In this document: piece by piece, positions 8,946 to 19,535 of the stretch | Layout: every line of letters begins with the position of its first letter | Numbering within the stretch: the first letter of the stretch is position 1 | Assembly: GCA_021792185.1 (NCBI GenBank) | Contig: JAJYVD010000002.1 | Span: 14,759-78,758 of the forward strand | From: Nitrospirota bacterium | GTDB lineage: Bacteria; Nitrospirota; Thermodesulfovibrionia; Thermodesulfovibrionales; Dissulfurispiraceae | Reading direction: 5' to 3' | DNA length: 64,000 bases | Program-made: the position numbers and the translations under genes | The notes under the pieces: model-generated | Databases searched by the model: none | Told to the model about the DNA's origin: nothing | The model's input: only the letters and a program-made list of their open reading frames with translations

Positions 8946-9617
8946 CTCGCTTACGGACAACTGTCCCGGCGCTGACGGCTTTGTAATGTACCCGTATGTT
9001 ATTAATGAGCCGAAAAGCGGACTGAATACCCTCGAAGGCAGCCCTTTATCTCCCATAGACATCGTTATTAAGCCCGCGTCCCTGTATTTCAGGGTGAAGG
9101 TGAGGAGTCTGGTGAGGTCTTCTGAGTTATGGGCCATTACCGCTATTTTTACGATATCAACGCCGGAGTCTTTTCCCTTTTCGACAATCCCTGATAGAAC
9201 GTTGTCCGGAGGCGTCGATTCAAAATTATGATAAGAGCCTATCAGGATTTTTTTATAATTATGGCAGAGATTTTTAACCTCTTGCAGGAGATTCCCCGAA
9301 TTTATTTCAACATCGATAATGTCCGAAAGCGGGGCGATATATCTGTAGATACTCGATCTGTCCGCGATCTCTCTTTGACCGCCTTCCTTAATATCCCTTA
9401 CCGTAGCGATTATAGGTTTTTTCAGATTTTCCTTAACACTTCTGAATACCGTTTCGATATTGTCCAACGTTATGTCTTCGAACATATCGATCCTGAGTTC
9501 TATAAGGTCAACGGCATTGATGGCCTCGTGTTTTATTGTAAGTGCGTCGGAATCCGTGAGCACTCCGGCTATAAGGGGTTTTTCTCCCAGTTTGAAATTG
9601 CAGAGAAGTATTTCCAT
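8910..9617 (-). CDS. aroD: type I 3-dehydroquinate dehydratase
   Basis: Motifs LIELRIDMF, GSYHNFESTP, VKIAVMA and SMGDKG..SRV are typical of type I DHQase. The start is placed at the internal ATG 9617 (MEILLCNFKLGEKPLIAGV); the longer 9788 start adds a non-homologous leader. Confidence 0.8.
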   Translation of the reverse strand: MEILLCNFKLGEKPLIAGVLTDSDALTIKHEAINAVDLIELRIDMFEDITLDNIETVFRSVKENLKKPIIATVRDIKEGGQREIADRSSIYRYIAPLSDIIDVEINSGNLLQEVKNLCHNYKKILIGSYHNFESTPPDNVLSGIVEKGKDSGVDIVKIAVMAHNSEDLTRLLTFTLKYRDAGLITMSMGDKGLPSRVFSPLFGSLITYGYITKPSAPGQLSVSELMYIFRRLKIR

Positions 9618-10132
9618 AGTTTTATCCTTGAGACGCTTTATATTATAATATCCGCACTCCGAAAAACAATTAAGGCAATCTATAAAGTGCATATCCACTT
9701 CAACGCCTTTATAAGTGTTATTCTTTATGCAAAGCAAAAATAATATCTGCTTCAGCAAGTGGATGCCGCCTATGCGGGTGACGGGCATAAGAGAATGTCG
9801 TTAAAAGGTTTCGCTGATAAAGTCATTGAAGCAGCCATGCACTTTATTTTGAGATGCTTCAATTTTATTGGCAGACATGCGGCAGGTGTGATTTTAAAGA
9901 CTTTATCCGCAGAATATGAAATTAGCATATGCTTTCTCGTCATCCGCATCGGTGGATAGTATTTGAGCAAAACACAGATTATCTTTCATCAACACTGATA
10001 ACCACACTTATAAAGGCTTTAAAAGCATGCTTGCCGCATGTAATCATGCCGACAAATTTTTTTGCGGCAAAAAGTGAAGGTATTACGATTTTACTGCGGC
10101 ACATGTTACAATAAGGGCGGAGCGTTGGAAAA

Positions 10133-10205
10133 GGGCGGTTAGCTCAGTTGGGAGAGCGCCACGTTCGCAACGTGGAGGCCGTGGGTTCGACCCCCATACC
10201 GTCCA
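10133..10205 (+). tRNA. tRNA-Ala (anticodon CGC)
   Basis: Cloverleaf read by hand: acceptor GGGCGGT/ACCGTCC with the G3:U70 Ala identity pair, D arm GCTC..GAGC, anticodon stem CCACG/CGTGG with loop TTCGCAA, T arm GTGGG TTCGACC CCCAT. No encoded CCA. Confidence 0.9.
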
Positions 10206-10240
10206 CTTATTTTCCCCTCACGATCAACTTTTATGCGGAA

Positions 10241-12049
10241 CTATACCTTCAAATGAAACGGAACGCTCGTTGATACCACTCCCTTCTTGAATAAGAGGAC
10301 TCCCTTTATAAAAAGCGCAGTCTGGTTATGAAGAAGATGATGCCACCATTTCGAGGGTACGAATTCAGGAAGGACAACGGTGATGATGCCGTCCTTGTGC
10401 TTTTCGCGTATGGAGTCTATATAATCCATCAGCGGCTCCATTACCGATCTGTAGGGAGAGTGCAGGATTTCGAGCTTCACTCCCATGCAGCTGACATCCC
10501 ACTTCTCCTTCATTTTTTTGGTCTCAACAGGGTCTATGTAGACATATACTGCAGTAACATCATCAGAAAGCGCTTTTGCATACTTAATGGCGCTTATTAC
10601 AGCCTGCTGCAAGCCTGATATAGGAATTATGACAGAGTGATGTTTATATTCTTTTTCTCCAGTTATGCATTTTTCAAGGGAAAGCTGCTCTGCAACAGAG
10701 AGATAATGCCTATGCACCTTCTGCGTCAGGAAAACCACAAAAGGAATAGCTATAAGCACTATCCAAGCGCCGTGCGTGAACTTTTCAACCGCAACAATTA
10801 CGAGGACTACACCCGTAGTGATACCTCCAATGCCGTTGATGATTGTGCTTTTGAACCAGCCCTTACCCTTCTCTCTTATCCAATGCCTCACCATGCCGAG
10901 CTGTGAAAGTGTAAAGGCTGTAAAGACACCTATAGCATAAAGAGGTATTAAAGAATGCGTATCGCCCCCGAAAAGAATTATCAAAAGCGCGGAAAGAAAA
11001 CTGAGTATCAGGATTCCATTTGAAAAGACGAGCTTGTCGCCGCGATTACTCAATTGCCTCGGCAGATAGCGGTCATTTGCCATGATAGAAGACAGTCTCG
11101 GGAAATCCGAATACGATGTGTTAGCCGCAAGAATAAGCACAAGCATTGTGGCAAACTGGATTGTATAATAGACAACTCCTTTGCCGAATACAGTCCTTGC
11201 AAGCTGAGACACGACCGTCTCATTAGGGTTAGGCATAATACCGTAATAATTTGAGAAATACGCTATCCCGATGGTTAGAAAGCCGAGCATAACCGCCATC
11301 CATACGAGGGTAATTCCTGCGTTTTTTGCCTCAGGCGCCTTGAAGGCCCGCACTCCATTGGAGATCGCTTCTATTCCGGTAAGAGTAACACAGCCGGACG
11401 CAAACGCCCTCAATATTATGAACACGGGGAATATGTTAGCCGCGCCTGTAACTTCGCGCTCTATGTGAGGAAGGGAAAAAGATTTAGACAGACTTGCGGC
11501 TATGAGCACAAGCAGGCTGCCTATGAAAATATATACCGGAAGCGAAAATACCTTTCCGGATTCCCTGACACCCCTCAGATTGACAACCATAATGAACAGT
11601 ATTGACACAAGGCACATTGTAATGGTGTAACTCTTGGTTGCCGGAAATGCTGAAGTAATGGCGGCTATGCCTGCTGCCACGCTGACTGTAACGGTAAGAA
11701 CGTAATCAATGAGCAATGCGGACCCTGCGATAAGCCCCGGAAGTTCGCCGAGGTTTTCCTTTGCGACTATATACGCCCCGCCTCCGGAGGAATATGCGTG
11801 AATAGTTTGATAATAAGAAGTGACGACAATGGAAACGGTTATGACAATTGCGATTGCGATCGGCAACGTGTAACTAAGGAGCGCTGCACCTCCGGCGATA
11901 AGTGCAAACATTATCTCTTCTGTTCCGTATGCGACGGATGACAGTGGGTCTGACGAGAAGACAGCCAGCCCCATTTTTTTAGAGAGCCGCTCGTGCTTTT
12001 CCTTGATTGTTTCGATAGGACTTCCGATAAGAAAACTCTTGATAGACAT
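10241..12049 (-). CDS. kimA: KimA-like K+ importer (APC superfamily permease with C-terminal cytoplasmic domain)
   Basis: ~600 aa, multi-TM APC-type N-terminal part plus a soluble C-terminal domain. The start at 12049 has SD GGAGG. It is directly preceded by a ydaO-type c-di-AMP riboswitch, the classic partner of kimA (ydaO). Confidence 0.7.
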   Translation of the reverse strand: MSIKSFLIGSPIETIKEKHERLSKKMGLAVFSSDPLSSVAYGTEEIMFALIAGGAALLSYTLPIAIAIVITVSIVVTSYYQTIHAYSSGGGAYIVAKENLGELPGLIAGSALLIDYVLTVTVSVAAGIAAITSAFPATKSYTITMCLVSILFIMVVNLRGVRESGKVFSLPVYIFIGSLLVLIAASLSKSFSLPHIEREVTGAANIFPVFIILRAFASGCVTLTGIEAISNGVRAFKAPEAKNAGITLVWMAVMLGFLTIGIAYFSNYYGIMPNPNETVVSQLARTVFGKGVVYYTIQFATMLVLILAANTSYSDFPRLSSIMANDRYLPRQLSNRGDKLVFSNGILILSFLSALLIILFGGDTHSLIPLYAIGVFTAFTLSQLGMVRHWIREKGKGWFKSTIINGIGGITTGVVLVIVAVEKFTHGAWIVLIAIPFVVFLTQKVHRHYLSVAEQLSLEKCITGEKEYKHHSVIIPISGLQQAVISAIKYAKALSDDVTAVYVYIDPVETKKMKEKWDVSCMGVKLEILHSPYRSVMEPLMDYIDSIREKHKDGIITVVLPEFVPSKWWHHLLHNQTALFIKGVLLFKKGVVSTSVPFHLKV

Positions 12050-12082
12050 ATTGCCTCCTTTTGACGGGCAAACGGAGGCAAT
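12050..12082 (-). promoter_or_regulatory. SD-sequestering hairpin in front of kimA
   Basis: On the mRNA strand, ATTGCCTCC-N15-GGAGGCAAT lies immediately before the ATG. The 9-bp perfect stem includes the GGAGG Shine-Dalgarno. Confidence 0.6.
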
Positions 12083-12105
12083 AAAAAAACCGCCGGGCTG
12101 GCGGT
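12083..12105 (-). terminator. intrinsic terminator (riboswitch expression platform)
   Basis: mRNA strand ACCGCC-AGCCC-GGCGGT followed by TTTTTTT. Confidence 0.7.
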
Positions 12106-12109
12106 CTTC

Positions 12110-12243
12110 ATTCCTGACCATTGCCCTTCCAAACGCCTACGAGGTTAGCTGACGGGCTCGGGACTGGAAGTTCCCTATCCTTTCGGAATGCGCCCCTAAA
12201 ATTGGGTCCCCCGCGTCCATTCTTTGAATGGACCTCGGCTGCT
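12110..12243 (-). promoter_or_regulatory. c-di-AMP riboswitch (ydaO-yuaA motif)
   Basis: The mRNA strand contains CGCGGGGGACCCAAU, GGGGCG and CCCGAGCCCGUCAGCUAACCUCGUAGGCG. These match the conserved pseudo-two-fold ydaO core as I recall it. Position is the 5' UTR of a K+ transporter gene. Confidence 0.85.
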
Positions 12244-12330
12244 ATATGGTTTAATTTACTCCTACTGTGAAAAATTGTCAATAATTTTTTCTTCCAACAT
12301 AATTTTCTCAGCAGGCACTATCCGGCAGGA

Positions 12331-14943
12331 TTATCTTTTATGTGACACGATAAATTTTCTCGTCTCCTCTGCAGCGAATAGGAAAACCGCAAACGGTATC
12401 AGCACAAGCCACATCTGCGCTGCAATCGGAGAGGTTGCAAATATCGCATTTCCCCACGGGTGATAAACAATGAATATTTGCAGGGCGATTTCAAATGCTA
12501 TGCCTGCGAATATCAGCCTATTTGAAAAAAAGCCGATGCTGAATACGGACTCCCTGAATGAGCGGCACGCAAAGACATTAGCGACCTGCGCAATGACTAT
12601 CCCTGTAAGACATGCGGTAGTTGCCTGCATATAAAGAAGATTGTTCGCAGCAAGCATTTCTCCCCATTGCCATCCGGCCTGCTTTAAGATATAAAAAAAG
12701 CCGAACAAGCCTGCCGCGGCTTCAATTGGTCCGAGGAATAAAAATGCAAGACTCAAAACTTTCGCGTTTAGAAGCCTGTCTTTTGGAGTTCTCGGTTTTT
12801 GTTTCATAACGTCTTTTGTCGGTTTTTCAGCGCCGAGGGCAAGGCCCGGAAGGAGGTCTGTACCGAGATCAACGGCAAGTATCTGCATTATCGTAAGAGG
12901 CAGGGGAACCCTGAAAAGTACATAGATGATATAAGGAACAAGCTCGGCTACGTTAGATGTGAAAAAATATATAACGAACTTTCTTATGTTTTCATAGATT
13001 GCCCTTCCTTCCTCTACCGCATTTACTATTGTAGCGAAGTTGTCGTCAAGCAGAATCATGTCGGCAGTCTCTTTTGCCACATCCGTTCCTGTAATGCCCA
13101 TCGCAATGCCTATATCGGCCTTTTTCAATGCGGGAGCGTCATTCACGCCGTCGCCCGTAACCGCAACCCTTTCGCCCTCTTCCTTGAGAATCGATACTAC
13201 ACGCATCTTATGTTTCGGGGTCATTCTCGCGAATATTATTTCTTTTTCTGAAAGCTTTTCCCTCAGTTCCCTGTCGCCCATCTTCATAAAATCATGCCCT
13301 TCTATCGCCACAGGATTGCCTTTGGCAAGACCTATCTCTTTTGCGATGGCAACTGCCGTCCTGCTTCCGTCTCCGGTTATCATGATTATCTTTATTCCTG
13401 CCTCATGACACTTTTTTATGGCATCAGGCACTTCAGGCCTTGGCGGGTCTTCGAGTCCTACGAGTCCTAAAAATATCATGTCCTTTTCAGGTTCGGAATC
13501 TGGAGTTGAAAGTTCCGAATATGCAAAGGATAAGACTCTCAACCCCTTGTCCATCAATGAATGATAGGCATGTGTAATTTCCTCTTTCAGTTTTCCATTG
13601 ATAAGTGTCTTTTCGTTATTTATCAGGGCATAGGCGCATAACGGCAGCACATTTTCAAGCGCTCCTTTTGTAAAGCCTAATCTCTTGCCGTCAACCATAT
13701 TGATCGTTGTCATTCTCTTTCTCTCTGAATCGAATGGAATCTCCGATATCCTCTCTGCCTTTAAATCCCCGATGTTTTCTCTCGCATGCTTAAAAAGAGC
13801 GGTTTCGGTGGGGTCTCCCTTGTATTGTCCTTCGATAAACTTTGCGTTATTGCATAGATAGGCGGTATTCATCAGAAGATCGGCAGAATTTTGATTATAA
13901 TCAGGCGTCCATGTTTCTTCTACTTCCATTCTGTTTTGAGTAAGAGTTCCTGTTTTGTCCGTGCATATGACCGTTACAGAACCGAGGGTTTCTACGGATG
14001 TGAGAGTCTTCATCAAAGCCTTTTTCTTAGCCATCCTCTGGCTTCCCATAGAGAGAGCAAGAGTAACGGTCGGCAGCATTCCCTCGGGAACAAGGGCTAC
14101 AATCACTCCTATTGCAAAAACGAAATTTTCCCAGAAGCTCTTTCCTATGATATTTCCAATACTGAAAAAAACAACGCCTATCAGCGTTGCCAAAAAGGCA
14201 ATGATCCTCGTTGCCTTAACTATTTCTTTTTGCAAAGGACTCAAACCGGTTTCTACTGCGCTCGTGAGATGCGCTATCCTGCCGAACTCGGTTCTCATGC
14301 CTGTGGCAAAGACTACAGCCTTTCCGGAGCCGCTCACAACAGTCGTTCCTGCAAAGGCGATGTTTTTGCTTTCTATCAATTCACCTGAATACGGTTCTTG
14401 CTGTAAAGGCACAGGCTCCGATTCTCCGGTGAGCGGCGCGTTATTTACCATGAGATATGCGGTTTCTATGAGCCTTGAGTCGGCAGGGACTTTATCTCCT
14501 TCGGAAAGTATTATCACATCTCCCGGAACAGCCTCCCGTGCAGGTATCTCTGTCTGTTTTCCTCCTCGTATTACTTTCACATAAAAGGGGAGGAGGAGCT
14601 TCAGTTTTTCGATAGATTTCTCAGCCCTGTATTCCTGAATGAATGTGAAGATCGCGTTGATGAATATTACTCCGATTATCGCAAGTCCGAGCGTAAGCAT
14701 TCCTTCGCCCGGATGAAGGTATTCGGACAAAACAGCTAATCCCGCGCCTATCCATAATAGGATAGCAAGAAAATGCGTGAACTGCTTGAGAAATCTTACG
14801 GACAGCGGCGTCTTTTTTGCTTCTTTTATCTCATTATGCCCGAATTCAGAGAGGCGCTTTTTAGCCTCTTCCCCGCTCAGGCCGCTTTCGGAGGTTACGA
14901 GATTCTTGAAGACTTCTTCTTTTGTAAGATTATTTATTTTCAT
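12331..14943 (-). CDS. cation-translocating P-type ATPase (type II, Ca2+/Mg2+-like)
   Basis: 870 aa with DKTGTLT phosphorylation site, TGDGVNDAPALKKADIGIAMG hinge and 10-TM layout. Confidence 0.9.
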   Translation of the reverse strand: MKINNLTKEEVFKNLVTSESGLSGEEAKKRLSEFGHNEIKEAKKTPLSVRFLKQFTHFLAILLWIGAGLAVLSEYLHPGEGMLTLGLAIIGVIFINAIFTFIQEYRAEKSIEKLKLLLPFYVKVIRGGKQTEIPAREAVPGDVIILSEGDKVPADSRLIETAYLMVNNAPLTGESEPVPLQQEPYSGELIESKNIAFAGTTVVSGSGKAVVFATGMRTEFGRIAHLTSAVETGLSPLQKEIVKATRIIAFLATLIGVVFFSIGNIIGKSFWENFVFAIGVIVALVPEGMLPTVTLALSMGSQRMAKKKALMKTLTSVETLGSVTVICTDKTGTLTQNRMEVEETWTPDYNQNSADLLMNTAYLCNNAKFIEGQYKGDPTETALFKHARENIGDLKAERISEIPFDSERKRMTTINMVDGKRLGFTKGALENVLPLCAYALINNEKTLINGKLKEEITHAYHSLMDKGLRVLSFAYSELSTPDSEPEKDMIFLGLVGLEDPPRPEVPDAIKKCHEAGIKIIMITGDGSRTAVAIAKEIGLAKGNPVAIEGHDFMKMGDRELREKLSEKEIIFARMTPKHKMRVVSILKEEGERVAVTGDGVNDAPALKKADIGIAMGITGTDVAKETADMILLDDNFATIVNAVEEGRAIYENIRKFVIYFFTSNVAELVPYIIYVLFRVPLPLTIMQILAVDLGTDLLPGLALGAEKPTKDVMKQKPRTPKDRLLNAKVLSLAFLFLGPIEAAAGLFGFFYILKQAGWQWGEMLAANNLLYMQATTACLTGIVIAQVANVFACRSFRESVFSIGFFSNRLIFAGIAFEIALQIFIVYHPWGNAIFATSPIAAQMWLVLIPFAVFLFAAEETRKFIVSHKR

Positions 14944-14969
14944 TGGTTATAGTTGTATCACTTGGAAGC

Positions 14970-15088
14970 ATGGCACAGTATTTCCGCTCATTCTCGCCGA
15001 ACATCCATGTCCGGCTCCGAGGTACCAGCTCGGTTTCGCCATCACGGCAAAACCTTGAGCTGCTAAAACCGCTACAATACAATGCCAT
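14970..15088 (-). repeat. R1 nested-hairpin repeat, copy 1 (variant B)
   Basis: atggcacagtat...ttccgctcattctcg...ctccgagg...ccgctacaatacaatgccat. Shares the core with six other full copies. Lies between the usp stop and the ATPase start. Confidence 0.85.
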
Positions 15089-15103
15089 ACTCCCTCTATT
15101 CCA

Positions 15104-15943
15104 TTAAACTTCATGTCTTGGCTTCAGTATTATCAGATCGCACGGCGTCTCCCTCAGCACCTCTTCCACAGGATTGCCTCTGAGAATCGAAGACAACATG
15201 CTTCTTTCGCTCGCGCCCATTATTATCAGGTCGTGCCTTCTTGATGCAGCCTCGACGGTTATGCTCTTTGCGGCCGCTCCGGGCGAAAGCCTTCCCTCAA
15301 TTTCGACTTTGTACCTTTTCATATGCTCTATGAACTCGGATATGTCTTCAGGCAGCCTCTTTTCCCACTGGGCAGGCGTGAGATGCATTTCGCCGTGAAA
15401 AAACTTAGTTATAGGAGTCGTAGCGTGAAAGACAAAGACCTTAGAGCCGAAACATCCGGCCATTTTGGCCGTAAAATACGCCCGCTCCTGCATGCTGGCA
15501 ATCCTTGCCTTAAGAGGTATCAGGATATCTTTCGGATGGATCCTTCCCATATGGACGACACGCACGAGGGCTACGGAGCATGAAAGCTTCAGGGACAGGT
15601 TTCGCGCAACCGTCCCCGTGTAGAATCGCCTCTCGACATCCTCTCTCCTTGTCGATGCAAAGGCTATATCGATGCCTTCATGCCTTGCTATTTTATTTAT
15701 TTCTTCGACGGGCTTTCCGGTCTCTGTTATGCCCTCGACTGCTATCCCCATTTTTTCAGCGTCAATGAACAGTCTTTTTACGGCATCCTCCGCCTTTTCA
15801 AGACTCGATACGGACATTCCCTTTTCGGCAATAAAACATATATAAAGCTTTGCCCCACAGGCATTGGCGAGGTTCAGCGCATATCTTGCGGAGATCTCGG
15901 AATTGAGGTGTTCGTTTACCGCCGCAAGGATTTTCTTATACAT
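15104..15943 (-). CDS. tandem universal stress protein (UspA family)
   Basis: 279 aa with two Usp-like halves, each ending in a G-x2-G-x9-G(S/T)-type region (IIMGASERSMLSSILRGNP). Confidence 0.8.
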   Translation of the reverse strand: MYKKILAAVNEHLNSEISARYALNLANACGAKLYICFIAEKGMSVSSLEKAEDAVKRLFIDAEKMGIAVEGITETGKPVEEINKIARHEGIDIAFASTRREDVERRFYTGTVARNLSLKLSCSVALVRVVHMGRIHPKDILIPLKARIASMQERAYFTAKMAGCFGSKVFVFHATTPITKFFHGEMHLTPAQWEKRLPEDISEFIEHMKRYKVEIEGRLSPGAAAKSITVEAASRRHDLIIMGASERSMLSSILRGNPVEEVLRETPCDLIILKPRHEV

Positions 15944-16038
15944 GCCGCCTCCATTATAGTTAAACTATATCACATAAAAAGCTACAATAAAGGCGTAAGA
16001 CTTTACATTTTTGTAGCATCTTAATTAAACTGATAATC

Positions 16039-17580
16039 ATGAGCCGCAGCTACGACAAAACGCTGGAGATTACCGCCCTTTACGAAATAAGCAAGCTCTT
16101 GGGATCGTCCCTGAATCTCAAGTCCAATTTGCGTGGAGTTATGAGGGTGCTTGCCGAATATCTGGACATGAAACGCGGCACCGTCGCGCTCAGGAGCGAC
16201 AGCGAGGTCTCCATTATCGCCGCCCACGGCATGTCCGAGGAAGAGATAAAGAGGGGAAGATATAAGCTTGGCGAAGGCATTATCGGAAGGGTCGCAAAAC
16301 ACGGCTCTCCGATAGTCATTCCCAATATCGGCGACGAACCGTTGTTCCTCAACAAGACCGGTTCGAGGAAAACGATAAAAAAAGAGAATGTCGCCTTTCT
16401 GTGCGTTCCCATAAAATTCAAAAACGAAATACTCGGCGTATTGAGCGTTGACAGGCTCTTCGGCTCAAAGGCTGTTTCATTCGAGGAAGATTTAAGGTTA
16501 TTGAAGATTATCGCCTCGCTCATCGCGCAATACGTAAGAATGCATATGGAAATTGAAAGAGAGAGGGAGTCATTTCTCGAGGAGAAGGAAAATCTTAAGA
16601 GTCAGCTTAAAGGCAAATACAGGGTCGAAAATATTATAGGCCAGTCCGACAGCATGCAGGAGGTATTCGAGGCCGTTCACAGGGTCGCGCCTTCAAAGGC
16701 CAACGTGCTCTTGCGAGGCGAGAGCGGCACAGGCAAGGAGCTTGTCGCAAAGGCTATCCATTACATGAGCGCGCGGGCAAAAGGGCCGTTCATAAAATTC
16801 AACTGCGCCTCCATCCCCGAAGGGCTTCTCGAATCCGAACTCTTCGGACACGAAAAGGGATCATTCACGGGCGCTACCGCGATGAGGAAAGGCAGATTCG
16901 AACTCGCCAACGGCGGCTCGATATTCCTCGATGAGATCGGCGACCTGCCTTTGACCCTTCAGCCCAAGATATTGAGGGTATTGCAGGAAAAGGAATTCGA
17001 GAGGGTCGGCGGCGAAAAGACCATTAAAGTTGACGTGCGCCTTATCGCCGCCACGAGCAGAAACCTCGAAGAACTCGTTTCATCCGGTAAATTCAGGGAG
17101 GATTTATATTACCGTCTGAATGTCGTGCCTATCTTTCTGCCGTCCCTGATGGAGAGGAAAGAGGACATTTCTTTGCTTTCGGAATACTTCATCAAAAAAT
17201 ATAATACGGAAAATAACAAGTCGGCAATGATCACGCCCGACGTTATGAATGTTTTTATGAACTATGACTGGCCAGGCAATGTAAGAGAGCTTGAGAACAC
17301 GATAGAAAGGCTTGTGGTGATGGCGCGCGGCAAAAATATAACCGCGTCCGACCTTCCGATCAACATTAGAGAGCAGTCCATGAGGGCCCGTTACTCTGTC
17401 CAGATAAAGGACGCGCTTCCTTCGACCATCGAAGACATCGAGAAGGCAAGGATTCTCGGCGCCCTTCAAATGACCGGCTGGATTCAGGCAAAGGCGGCGA
17501 AATCGCTCGGCATAACTCCGAGGCAGATAGGCTACAAGATAAAAAAGTACAATATTCAGGAAACCTCCGGGTCGAAATAA
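16039..17580 (+). CDS. nifA: NifA-like sigma-54-dependent transcriptional activator (GAF-AAA+-HTH)
   Basis: N-terminal GAF domain ([16 protein letters not shown]...), AAA+ core with GESGTGKE and the GAFTGA-type loop [15 protein letters not shown], and a C-terminal Fis-type HTH. TGT-N10-ACA sites lie upstream of the nifH and nifB sigma-54 promoters in this window. Confidence 0.7.
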   Translation: MSRSYDKTLEITALYEISKLLGSSLNLKSNLRGVMRVLAEYLDMKRGTVALRSDSEVSIIAAHGMSEEEIKRGRYKLGEGIIGRVAKHGSPIVIPNIGDEPLFLNKTGSRKTIKKENVAFLCVPIKFKNEILGVLSVDRLFGSKAVSFEEDLRLLKIIASLIAQYVRMHMEIERERESFLEEKENLKSQLKGKYRVENIIGQSDSMQEVFEAVHRVAPSKANVLLRGESGTGKELVAKAIHYMSARAKGPFIKFNCASIPEGLLESELFGHEKGSFTGATAMRKGRFELANGGSIFLDEIGDLPLTLQPKILRVLQEKEFERVGGEKTIKVDVRLIAATSRNLEELVSSGKFREDLYYRLNVVPIFLPSLMERKEDISLLSEYFIKKYNTENNKSAMITPDVMNVFMNYDWPGNVRELENTIERLVVMARGKNITASDLPINIREQSMRARYSVQIKDALPSTIEDIEKARILGALQMTGWIQAKAAKSLGITPRQIGYKIKKYNIQETSGSK

Positions 17581-17638
17581 AACGGCATCTCCGGCATGCC
17601 TCTATATGCTCGGTTATACACAGCATGGAATCAATGAA

Positions 17639-18409
17639 ATGGGCAAGATAATCGCGATAACTAATCAGAAGGGCGGGGTAGGCAAAACAACCACCGCCCT
17701 GAATCTTTCGGCCTCCCTCGCGCTTGCGAATGAGAATATCCTTGTCGTAGACTCCGACCCCCAGGGCAATCTTACAAGCAGTTTCGGCATTAAAAGCCAG
17801 ATGAAGAACGGCCTGTACGAGGTTTATACAGGCAGGATGCCGGTAGAAGATATCATGCAGCAGACCTTAATACCAAATTTATATATCCTGCCTACCACTA
17901 TGGATTTGTTCGCGGCAGAGATAGAACTCCTTGATAAGGCTGACAGGGAGAGTACCCTAAAGAATATTTTGAAGCCGTTGAAAGACAGGTTCAAATATAT
18001 ATTCATCGACTGCCCGCCGTCTTTCGGGATACTTACCCTTAACGCCCTTATTGCTGCTGAGTCCGTGTTGGTGCCTGTGCAGTGCGAGTATTTTGCAATG
18101 GAGGGAGTCAGCCTCCTGATAAAGCTCCTTTGGAGGATACGCGGGAGCTTCAACGAAACCCTCGACATGGAAGGAATTTTGCTTACAATGTATAACAGGC
18201 ATATAGCATTATCACGACAGATATCGGAAGATGTGAGAAAGATGTTCAAATCAAAGGTCTACGATACGGTTATACCGAGAAATGTAATACTCGCCGAGTC
18301 TCCGAGCCACGGGAAGCCCGCTGTGCTTTACGCGCCGAATTCATCAGGCGCGCAGGGATATATCGCGCTTGCAAAGGAGATATTGAACGAGAATAATCTG
18401 CTGTTTTAA
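17639..18409 (+). CDS. parA: ParA/Soj family partition ATPase
   Basis: Deviant Walker A KGGVGKTT at the N-terminus; start moved to ATG 17639 (MGKIIAITNQKGGVGKTT). Confidence 0.85.
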   Translation: MGKIIAITNQKGGVGKTTTALNLSASLALANENILVVDSDPQGNLTSSFGIKSQMKNGLYEVYTGRMPVEDIMQQTLIPNLYILPTTMDLFAAEIELLDKADRESTLKNILKPLKDRFKYIFIDCPPSFGILTLNALIAAESVLVPVQCEYFAMEGVSLLIKLLWRIRGSFNETLDMEGILLTMYNRHIALSRQISEDVRKMFKSKVYDTVIPRNVILAESPSHGKPAVLYAPNSSGAQGYIALAKEILNENNLLF

Positions 18410-18413
18410 AAAC

Positions 18414-19340
18414 CTATATATTGCCGAGGGCTTTATATAATCCGGTTATAAGCTCCGTCATTCTATCATAATCGAGCGTTTCTGCCGTATCACCCGGAGC
18501 GTGATAATTAGGGTTTCTGTAAAATGCCGTATCCGTGATCATGAACGCGGGGAATCCGAATTCCCAGAAACCCCAGTGGTCTGAGAAATTAACGCCGGGG
18601 ATCAGAGAAATACCATTCAGCGATTCCACAGGAAGGGAAGATGCCTCTCTGAAAGATTTCTTAACTCTTTGGGTAAACGACCTCGATGATATATTTCCGA
18701 CAAATGTAATAAAGTTGCCCTTATCGGGATAAAACCATTTGAAAATCGGGAATGGGTAATACTGAGAGCCTTTTCTGTCGGAGTAATATCCGAGCATTTC
18801 GAGGGAAATCATGCCGTAGACTTTTATGTTTTCTTGTTTAAGACTTTTTGCATAAACATAGCTGCCCATGTGTTTTGTCATGAAAGTTGGAGGCTCCTCA
18901 AGACTGAAGGCAACGAAGCGGACTGTCCTTTGAAAAGGTTTTGTTACGGCAATCCGCGCCAGTTCGAGAAGCCCTGCAACGCCGCTCGCATTGTCATCCG
19001 CGCCCGAAGTTTCGGTTACCGTGTCGTAATGTGCGCCGATTACGAGAATCCCGTCTTTCGGATTTTTTGCGCCTTTTATTTCGCAGGATACGTTGTAATA
19101 TGTATTGCCGAGATACTCAAACGGCTGCCTTTTAACTTCACAGCCGTAAGAGCGGAATTTTCCTTCTATGTAATCGGCGGCACTGTTCAGCTTGACGACA
19201 TTATGATAGCTTCTTTCGCCTATGTCATGGGCAAGGTGCTTGACGGTTTCGATGAGATTCTGTTTTATGTTTTCCATATTTATGCCCTGCACAGCCGATG
19301 CGCTGAAAAATATAAAGAGCAGTATAACAAAAACTTTCAC
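18414..19340 (-). CDS. M28 family aminopeptidase, secreted
   Basis: 308 aa with a signal peptide and M28 metal ligand regions (GAHYDT, DDNASG, SLEEPP, SDHW). Confidence 0.8.
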   Translation of the reverse strand: MKVFVILLFIFFSASAVQGINMENIKQNLIETVKHLAHDIGERSYHNVVKLNSAADYIEGKFRSYGCEVKRQPFEYLGNTYYNVSCEIKGAKNPKDGILVIGAHYDTVTETSGADDNASGVAGLLELARIAVTKPFQRTVRFVAFSLEEPPTFMTKHMGSYVYAKSLKQENIKVYGMISLEMLGYYSDRKGSQYYPFPIFKWFYPDKGNFITFVGNISSRSFTQRVKKSFREASSLPVESLNGISLIPGVNFSDHWGFWEFGFPAFMITDTAFYRNPNYHAPGDTAETLDYDRMTELITGLYKALGNI

Positions 19341-19535
19341 TTAGGATGAAAGGAAATCATCGATAACAGGGCAGAGTTGGCTTCCCATATCGAGTTGCAG
19401 GAAATTAGACTTAAAAGGATATTCCTTTTTATCTATCCAATTAATATCAGACATGCGGCCATTTCCTCCTGATGATATAAGGATAGCACGACATAGTATT
19501 TTGCGCTATTCCAACTTTTATAATCTGCTATTTTT

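Noticed and set aside
9228-9743. 171-aa plus-strand ORF, and 8986-9231
   Set aside because: They are antisense to aroD, which has clear type I dehydroquinase motifs.
10133-10205. tRNA-Ala as an integration hotspot for a genomic island
   Set aside because: No integrase, no direct repeat of the tRNA 3' end, and no compositional break were seen next to it. The adjacent genes are ordinary chromosomal functions.
12224-12463. 79-aa plus-strand ORF
   Set aside because: It overlaps the c-di-AMP riboswitch and the 3' end of the P-type ATPase gene on the opposite strand. No SD is present.
18834-19349. 171-aa plus-strand ORF
   Set aside because: It is antisense to the M28 peptidase gene.
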